A stretch of 63,145 nt of DNA, filler included, from Atractiella rhizophila (Eukaryota): NCBI GenBank assembly GCA_021432655.1. It is 7 parts of 7 records of this genome, joined end to end, with 100 filler letters (N's around TTAATTAATTAA, not from the genome) between each part and the next. Parts side by side here need not be neighbours in the genome. Positions count along the whole stretch, not along the records: positions 34,718 to 57,456 come from MU271413.1; positions 57,557 to 60,021 come from MU271421.1; positions 60,122 to 61,550 come from MU271428.1; positions 61,651 to 63,145 come from MU271435.1; 3 more parts are not named here. One strand, given 5' to 3'. The notes beneath the pieces are model-generated. The model did not search any database. It was not told the origin of the DNA and saw only the letters and a program-made list of their open reading frames with translations. Positions within the stretch are counted from its first letter, which is position 1. Each line of letters begins with the position of its first letter. Position numbers and translations under genes: made by a program. Positions 55,494-63,145 of this stretch are shown piece by piece.

Positions 55494-57456
55494 CTAACCT
55501 AACACCATGCTCAGGAGTGCCATGCGCACCTTCCCCGAAGTTAGTTTCGGAAGTTATAAGAAAGGAGAGGAGGACGTACGAAAAGACCATAACGCATTTG
55601 TCTAAAATAAGCTGCCCTCAGATGATCAAAATCGACTTCTGGGTCGATTTCTGCATTTCTAGGAAGGGGATGCATGACGATCATATGGCTCTTCGCGTTT
55701 GAAAGGAGCTCGTTGTTGACGATATAAGCGTCCTTGACCGCATCGTACTCCGCTTCGCTCGCAAACCTCTCCTGCTGCACCCTCGTGACATAAAGTACGT
55801 CGGTCTGCCCGATCACGGACTCCAGGTTAGTTGTCTCATGCATGGACAGGCCTTGCTTTCGTGGCTCGCTCTTGACGGATTCTGGGAGGGAGAGAGAGGG
55901 TGGAGAGACAAAGATGAAGGATACTTGATACAGGGAGAGGATCCGGACGAGACTGTGGACCGTCCTCCCATTCTTCAAGTCTCCTACGATAGTGATGGTG
56001 AGACCGTTGACGGTTCCCAGCTCCTCCCGAATAGTAAACACGTCAAGGAGAGCCTGAGATTATCATCTGTCAACTCATGTTGAGGAAAGGGCGAAGGAAA
56101 CGTACCTGAGTGGGATGTTCCCCAATCCCATCGCCAGCATTGATGATCGGGACAGGTGAGAACTTCGCGGCAGTTTGCACGCTCCCGACAGCAGGGTGTC
56201 GAATGACCACTCCATCAGCATAACATCCTAGCGTCCTAATTGTATCAGGCAACGACTCTCCCTTCGTAACCGAAGATTTGTCAGGCGTCACGGCGACCAC
56301 ACTTCCACCTAAGCGCTTCATGGCCGCGTCAAAAGAAGCCGAAGTCCTAGTTGAAGCTTCGAAGAAAAGGGTGCATAGAACTTTTCCCTTCAGCAAATCA
56401 ACAGCTTCTCCACGCTCGATCATGACCCGTAATTCCTGCGCCAAACCGAAAAGGGCATGGAGATCGTTCCTGTTAAACTGTTTAACGGTGAGGATACTAC
56501 GTCCATGGAAGGCTGGATGTTGAGCAATCGAACGTGATGGAGTCTTGAGAATGTCAGTTGCGCTCATTAATGAGAGGACACTAGGTTTGAGCATTGAGTC
56601 TGACGGCACATCGTTCAGCACAGCAGACCTGGGTTGAGGGGAGCGTGCCTCTGCCTTGGGACGAGGAGGAGAGAGAATTGGACGTTGACCGCCAGAAACA
56701 GAGAAACGAGAGGCCTTTTTCTTGTCTGCGGTTCGAGAAACGACAAACCCATCGTTGACGTTCTGCCCGATCGGTGTTTCAAGAAGGAGTTGGCCGTCCA
56801 GGAGTGCCGTCTGTCCTCGAAGGACGACTCGGTGAATGGAGCCGTAAGCTGCCTTTCCATCAAGTGGAGACCAAGATCCAATGCTTTCGAACTTGTGTTG
56901 GCGGTTCAGTTCGACCTCAACAGACGTGTCTGGTTGTTCCGGCAGGCTAAAAATTCGGGTAGGGTTGTCGACCATCTTTGCGATAAGACCCTCAACGGTG
57001 AGCCTTCCATCGTTGATCGCTGTGAGCAAGAGTTGAGTTGATTCTAGAAACCCAGAGGTTGGAGACACTGTCTTATTTAGCTCTGAAGCAAGCTGGAACG
57101 GAGTAGTCCCGATGGAGAGAACATCGATATGTTTCAAATTCTCCCACAGCGCTTTTTGATCCTCACTTGAAGGGAGACAGGTTGCCCCTGGAAACTCTTC
57201 AGCTGTGAAGAAAAGAGAATAGATGGTGGCGTCGCAAGTCACGTTCAAACCCTTCCCTTTGGACATGGCGATAAGGAGAATATCGTCCTTGCTCTGTACA
57301 TTGGTAACATGCACCGTTCGATTGTGAAGGCTCGCCAACAGGAGGACAGATGCGAGATCAGTCGTCTTCGCTTCAGTGATAATTAGCTTGTCTTGCGGCC
57401 AAGTGGAGAAGTGCTTCGCTATGCTGGCTACTTTGCTTGAATCCCCACTATGCTTC
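55494..57456 (-). CDS. URA2: Ura2/CAD-like protein, 3' part: inactive dihydroorotase-like domain plus aspartate transcarbamylase
   Basis: [48 protein letters not shown] and [18 protein letters not shown]. The upstream DHO-like region lacks metal ligands, as expected in fungi. Confidence 0.95.
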
Positions 57457-57556
57457 NNNNNNNNNNNNNNNNNNNNNNNNNNNNNNNNNNNNNNNNNNNN
57501 TTAATTAATTAANNNNNNNNNNNNNNNNNNNNNNNNNNNNNNNNNNNNNNNNNNNN
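57457..57556. other. Artificial contig linker
   Basis: N44-TTAATTAATTAA-N44. Confidence 0.97.
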
Positions 57557-58169
57557 TCGTTCACGCACGCTGTACGGCTCGCTCGAGTGGGGCGGAATGA
57601 CGGAACGCTGCACTTGGAACAGGACACGTCTCCTTTCTGACTTCCTTTATATTGCACGGCTCGTCCTTAAATGTCGAAATAAACTTGACTGCGATAATTT
57701 GTGGGAATGCTGCGTTGCATTTGCAGCCGAATGGATGACGCTGCAAGGGGGTCAAGATCCCAGTTTTTGAGGAACCCTGCGGCTGGTTGAGAGCAAGAAA
57801 CCCATCGTAAACCATCCGTCGGATCCACACAACACATTGAGGTGTTCATGGTGCAATTAGGTTCCGTCTTCAGAGTTTACTGACAACCTGAAACCAATGA
57901 GCGTTATTTATTCCAAAGACGGAGTGGGAATGAGCTAGGAGGAAGTAACGTGGATGATATCGTCACGGTTTAATATAAGAACTATAAAAGGACTCCGAAA
58001 TTTGCTGTGGTTTTCATCACCTTTGCCTTTGCAACTATAGGTACAGCCTATCCAGCAGTGTGTACCAGAACATTCTTAATTCTCGGTTCTTCCTTGATTT
58101 GTTGCATAGAGCCAATCTCTCCATCATCGATTACAGGGGTGCTACATTAAAAAAATTAATGCAAGCATG

Positions 58170-60021
58170 TCACGATTCCTTCCCCAGTTCCGCTGCTACA
58201 AGTTCCATGATGGCTACCGTTGGCTTCCCATCGTTCTTGTCATCCTTTGCAATCTTCTGCCACGCTTCACCATGCCTTGGTTCCGCCTCTTTAACTCCAA
58301 CCTTCACCTTCTCTTTCTGTTCCTAAAAGGCAAATGCTAAGTCAAGGCAAATCAAGCGGAAAGATAGGGACACACCTCGTCTCCATGTTCGAGTTCAAAT
58401 CGCCACCACCACGCCCATCCATCTCCCCAGTCCTTGTCCCCTCCAGCTCCCACAGCGCGCGAGAACCAATTCCTGGCTGAATCGTACTTCCTTTCCGCCT
58501 GGAAGAGTCGTGCGACGGTGCAGACTACCACTGGAGAATTGTTCGTCCTCTTCAGAGCGTCCACTCCACGTTTCTTCCGTTGTGGACGGTCTTCGAGCCA
58601 AATGGCATGTGTGTGAAGTAAGCCAGACGATGGACACTCCTGCAAACCTATTTATTCAACAAAATCCAGTTAGCATTCTCACTCAAGGGCATAAATAGAA
58701 TTGATGGAAAAGCCAGAGAGACGCACCACGGGCTAACATCGCCTTGGCTTGTCCCGTTCCAGCGCGCTCCTCGACGCGAATAGACTCCAACCAAAGCTGC
58801 TCATCCTTCTCGTTCCTCGCCCTCGCCTTCTCCAGCAGAGCTCGCGCCTTGATGGTCAATCCTGCCTGCTCTTCCAACCTGCTCGCAAGAATCCAGAGCG
58901 GGATGGAATGTGGACACCTCTTCACTCCGGTTGCGTATATCTCCCGTGCTTGTTGAAGGTTCCCTTGTAAATTTAGCAGTTGGCCCTTGATCATGTATAG
59001 CTTTGAACCGGTCGGGAACTTTTCTAATGCTTGATTGACCAGCTCGAGGGCTGAGCTGGGGGATGAATGTTTGCGTTGGAACACGACGGATTTCATCCAC
59101 ACCTGTAACGCGCGAACAGATGCAATCAATGTAATGACCAAACCCAACAGAAGAAAAAAGCAAGAATGATCCGTACGTTTTCTGTCGGCGCTCCGACCCT
59201 TGCTCTGTCCAGCAAGACGCGCGCTGCCTCCAGGTTTCCATTCTCCGTCTCCAGTTTGGCAGCTGCGAGCCAGATACTTTCCGACGCATCATTAGCCGCG
59301 AACGCGCCTTTAAGGATCTCTCGTGCCCGTTCAACGTCTCCGCCCAACCACGCTTCCTTCGCACCCATGAGCCAAAGCACTTCGGCGTGCGGACAGGCAG
59401 CCGTAGCGCGAGCTAGGAGACTGAGCAGGTCTTCCCTATTCCATGGACCACGTTCATCATTATGTAACATATGAATGAGGGTAAGACGAACCGTGTTCCA
59501 TGCGCTTTCTCCAGGTCCGCCGCCTTCCTCCACAACTGTGGTTTGTTCGGAAACGTCTTAAGGGCATGGGCGAGTATGGCACGGGAGGTATGGACCGCGC
59601 CACGGTTCAGAGACAGAGTCGCGTCCTCCATCCAAGTATCGAGCCGATCCTCCTCCTCGATATCCAACCAAATGGTATTCGAAATGATCGCCGCACAAGT
59701 CATAATACTACCCTGCTTCTCGCATTTTTCCGCCTCCCCAATCCATACCTCTCGTCCAAACTCTACGCCTGCATTCTTGAGACTCTTCACTGCGCTTGCA
59801 ATGATACGTTCTACCTGTCCTCCTTCTTGCTCCTGCAGCCTCGCGGCAGCGATCCAAATCTCATGTGAAGTCGGGATCGTGGAACGAGCCTTGTTTAGAA
59901 CTCCCTTCGCACGTTCAGGAGTTTCGAGACGCGCTAGAGCGAGCCAAAGCTCAGCAGAATGTGGGATCACTTCCACCGCTCTTTGTAGTAGGAGACGCGC
60001 ATCCGATGGGGACGACTCGAG
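58170..60021 (-). CDS. PRP6: Pre-mRNA splicing factor Prp6 (HAT/TPR repeats), 5' truncated
   Basis: [55 protein letters not shown] and [10 protein letters not shown]. Confidence 0.93.
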
Positions 60022-60121
60022 NNNNNNNNNNNNNNNNNNNNNNNNNNNNNNNNNNNNNNNNNNNNTTAATTAATTAANNNNNNNNNNNNNNNNNNNNNNN
60101 NNNNNNNNNNNNNNNNNNNNN
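60022..60121. other. Artificial contig linker
   Basis: N44-TTAATTAATTAA-N44. Confidence 0.97.
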
Positions 60122-61189
60122 ACTTTCCCTTCGTCCCCCTCCTCCATCCTCTTCTTCCTCCCTTCTTCCCTTTCCTCTTACCCGAAACGTCCACCAAATC
60201 CATCTTACTGATCAGATTGAGAGTCGGACACTCCATGCTTGCCATCGCCGCCATAGCACTGAGGACGCCGGAGAAGTACTTGTTTATGTCTTGGATGAAT
60301 TGTGATTCAAGAAGGTAGACGCGGCAGAGGCTGAAGGAGAGAGGTGAGGAGGTAAGGATGTTGATCAGGGACGGGAGGATGGGAATGTGGGTGTAGAGCT
60401 CGATTTGTCCTGGGCAGTCGATGAGTAGGTAGTCGTCTTCAAACTCGCCGAGTGAGTCGTGCAACCAGTCGAGGTTCTCCATTAGGTATCTGTTCATTCA
60501 GATATTTATTGGATACCCTGACTGTTTGTTTAACAAAAAAATTGAAATTGGAAGCTTGAGCGCGTGAATCCTGAATGTCAGGACAGCACAAGAGTGCAAA
60601 TGCTGTAGTAAAAATATAACGGCTTCAAATTGAGTCTAAGCTGGCCGCTAACGAAGGCATGTTGTAAAAAGTCTGTGACTTTGATGAGACCTAGCATGGA
60701 ACATATTCTTAAAATGTTGGCGACGACCTGAGATGGGATGTCAAAATCACCCAAAAAATTCAAGTTCAAATATTCGCTCATGTAAAGAAAATCTGGAAAA
60801 TTCATCCACGATTCAAAAGCGAGACTCGGATGATTACCACAAGCAGATAGAACAATACAAAAATGATCTGGTCGAGAAGCACGACAAGTAAAAACTCACT
60901 CGAAGCAATAAACCAATCCACCATTCGGTCCCATCTCCATCTCCTCCATCACATCTTCCAAGCTGATCAAATCCCTGATATCGATGCTCGGCTCGTACGC
61001 GAACTCTTCAGCTGCCGGATCGAGGTTGAAGAGATGCATGCGTCGCTTGGCCGCTTGGGCGTGTGTCATAAGAGCGGAGCAGAAGGTCGATTTGCCGGAT
61101 CCTGCAGGGCCTGTTAAAGGTGTCGGTGTCAGATATGGTCTTTTGGAAGGGAAGGGGAGCACACCTGTTACTAAGATCGCATAGCGCAT
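60122..61189 (-). CDS. GPN3: GPN-loop GTPase 3, 3' truncated
   Basis: [39 protein letters not shown] and [11 protein letters not shown]. Confidence 0.93.
60565..60815 (-). ncRNA. Candidate structured intronic RNA within GPN3 intron 2 (class unknown)
   Basis: Intron is 410 nt versus ~50-100 nt elsewhere. It has a 13-bp terminal inverted repeat with one mismatch and one G-U pair, and GGATGA and CTGA near its two ends. Confidence 0.35.
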
Positions 61190-61550
61190 GGTGAATCGTT
61201 TCTTAGGTAGTCACAAAGAAGTAAGTTGTTAATCACTTATTATGTATGCTAATAACAGGTTGAGAGTCGAGAGATAAGGCTATGATTTTTTTGAGTTCCA
61301 ATGGTTTATCAGCGGATCCGAAAGAAACAATGGACACAAGCAAAAGCATTCTTTGGCTTACGAGATAAGGTTTGAAGGTGTCAAACAAAGTTTTAAACCT
61401 GCTTCAAACCCTTTCTTGCTTCCCTGCACGTCCGTCACCTCTTTGGTTATATACGGGCGTTTGTATCGAGGCCTTTCGTCACTCCAAATTTGGTTTGAAG
61501 TGGCAACCGTGACAGTGGTCAAGGCTGAAGTTGTGGCGTCTGACTTCAGG

Positions 61551-61650
61551 NNNNNNNNNNNNNNNNNNNNNNNNNNNNNNNNNNNNNNNNNNNNTTAATT
61601 AATTAANNNNNNNNNNNNNNNNNNNNNNNNNNNNNNNNNNNNNNNNNNNN
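61551..61650. other. Artificial contig linker
   Basis: N44-TTAATTAATTAA-N44. Confidence 0.97.
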
Positions 61651-63145
61651 ATGGAATGCGTCTTTGCCATTTGTAACGGCGTTGGACCACTACTTGGTGC
61701 GGACATTCCTTCCTCCTTAGCTAGTCTGATGGGGAAATAGGCGGTGTTTTCTCAGAAAGCGTGTCCTGGCGGTGGTGTTTCTGGGTAATGATCCGACTAA
61801 TTATTTTGTTTTATTGACCTTTCATTCAGATCAATATTCCTATCTGCGCTGTCTCACTGGTTGTGAGCACCTTACCTCTAGCGCCATTCCCACGGGTAGT
61901 AACGCTTTTAGCAACTAGCTCATCTTTTTCTGTCTGCCGCTCAAAAAGGTCGAAGGGATGTTCATTCTCAAATTGAAAACGATAGATTACGTGGGAACAG
62001 CTCTTGTGAGCACTTGATGAGCGCAGCGCAAAATCGCTAAAGAAGTCATATTCTAGACCTTAATTGGATCTGTTCTTATGCTCGTAACATTTCACCAAAT
62101 TTCACTAACAATCTTTTATGCTAATATTTTATCGTCAGATTGCTCTCAACTGGTCTGTAGAGCTCTTGTCTCTTGTACTGGAGCTAACGTTGAAGCAGGG
62201 GAGGTGTTGAATACGAATGGGCGTGGGTTTCTCACTGCGTTCACTTTCGTCAATTACTCAACTCCATTGCCAACAGTTCAGCACCCGTCCTCGTTCTCAT
62301 CTTTGCTGCACTTGCTACTTTCGCAGTGTTCTGTCTATGGGAGTGGAGAGTATGTTTTGAATCCTGACGATGCAAATCTGATGAAGATTTCGTAGTTCGC
62401 GAGGCTTCCCATCGTCCCAATGTACATTTTCACATTTCGGACTGTCATCGGTGTATCGGTGGTTACTACATTTCTTGGGCTCGTCTGGTACGACGTTGTA
62501 TACTTCGTTCCTCAGTTGCTCCAAATCGCCAAAGGATATAGCGGTATGTGTCATTCAAACGGGAAAGTTGCTTGCTGAATGTTACTCAAGCTGTCAAGTA
62601 CAGTTTCCTATGAGTAGACAATCTGAAGTGATCCAGCTAATGGGTGAGATAGAGCTGGAGTTCTTATGATTCCTCTTTTGGCTTGTGTTACTTGTGTTGT
62701 CTTCATCACTGGTCAAGTATGCTTGTTTCTCTCTCTGAATCTGTTTGGGATCTTAATGCATGACATACAGGTCACAGCCAGGACTGGGATATTTAGGGTT
62801 TGACGCTTTTAGCAAAATGCACGAGATGTTCACCATGACATTACAGGCGTTCATTATAGCTGGGTTTGCAATTTGGAGCGTCGCGACAGGTTCGTGTGTT
62901 CTATCTCTTTCCCTCTGCTCTTATCTCACTTTCGTTCAGGCGTACTGTCAACCATTGATGAGGACAGCAGTGATTCGAAGATTATGGGATTTCTCTTCCT
63001 CTGCGCTGTCGGACCTGGTCTTATCTTTCAAACGTCATTGGTTGGCCTCCAAGCCAGTGTGGACAGGAAGGACATGGTGAGTTCCTTCTCACATTACATG
63101 CTACAACTAATTGCTTCTGTCAGGCGGTTGTCACATCCGTCAGGC
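61651..63145 (+). CDS. MFS drug:H+ antiporter (DHA2, 14-TM type), internal fragment
   Basis: GPLLG|GVFSESVSWRWCFW|INIP, IDYVG, GGVEYEW, LPIVPMYIF and GLQASVDRKDM|AVVTSVR; many short exons. Confidence 0.85.

Noticed and set aside
56500..57456. Dihydroorotase domain lacking catalytic residues as a novelty
   Set aside because: An inactive DHO-like domain is the established state of fungal Ura2.
60840..60885. Patchy resemblance of the GPN3 intron 5' part to the U2 snRNA 5' end (GCUUCUCG, AGAUCA, UGUUCU)
   Set aside because: It needs several gaps, and lacks the GUAGUA branch-point pairing sequence and stem I; likely chance.

Overview
Eukaryotic, intron-rich fungal DNA, most likely a basidiomycete (inferred from ~50-100 nt GT-AG introns, micro-exons and gene content). 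It is a draft assembly: seven pieces joined by six artificial 100-nt N44-TTAATTAATTAA-N44 linkers, plus one ~1 kb N gap, with apparent homopolymer indel errors. Manual splicing supports about 24 genes or gene fragments: COG8, a divergent E(z)/EZH2-type SET methyltransferase, a half-length MFS transporter paired with a stilbene-cleaving carotenoid-oxygenase-family gene, SHO1 (3' end), several orphan genes, PNP, RRP7, a TBC protein lacking both catalytic fingers, PRP3, an SDR, YTA7, a class-3 lipase, an NRPS-like A-T-R reductase, a Dal5-type MFS, a GH13 alpha-glucosidase-like gene with the catalytic Glu replaced by Gln, prefoldin 5, an Msb1/Mug8-domain protein, URA2 (3' part), PRP6, GPN3 and a DHA2 MFS. 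The most notable observations are: (1) a 5.7 kb NRPS-like block flanked by two tandem duplications that differ almost only at synonymous and intronic sites, suggesting two deeply diverged haplotypes; (2) the Glu-to-Gln GH13 next to it; (3) a 410-nt GPN3 intron with a long closing stem, a candidate intronic ncRNA; (4) an apparently decaying stilbene dioxygenase/MFS pair. No previously undescribed system can be demonstrated from sequence alone. Exon boundaries were read by eye and are approximate.
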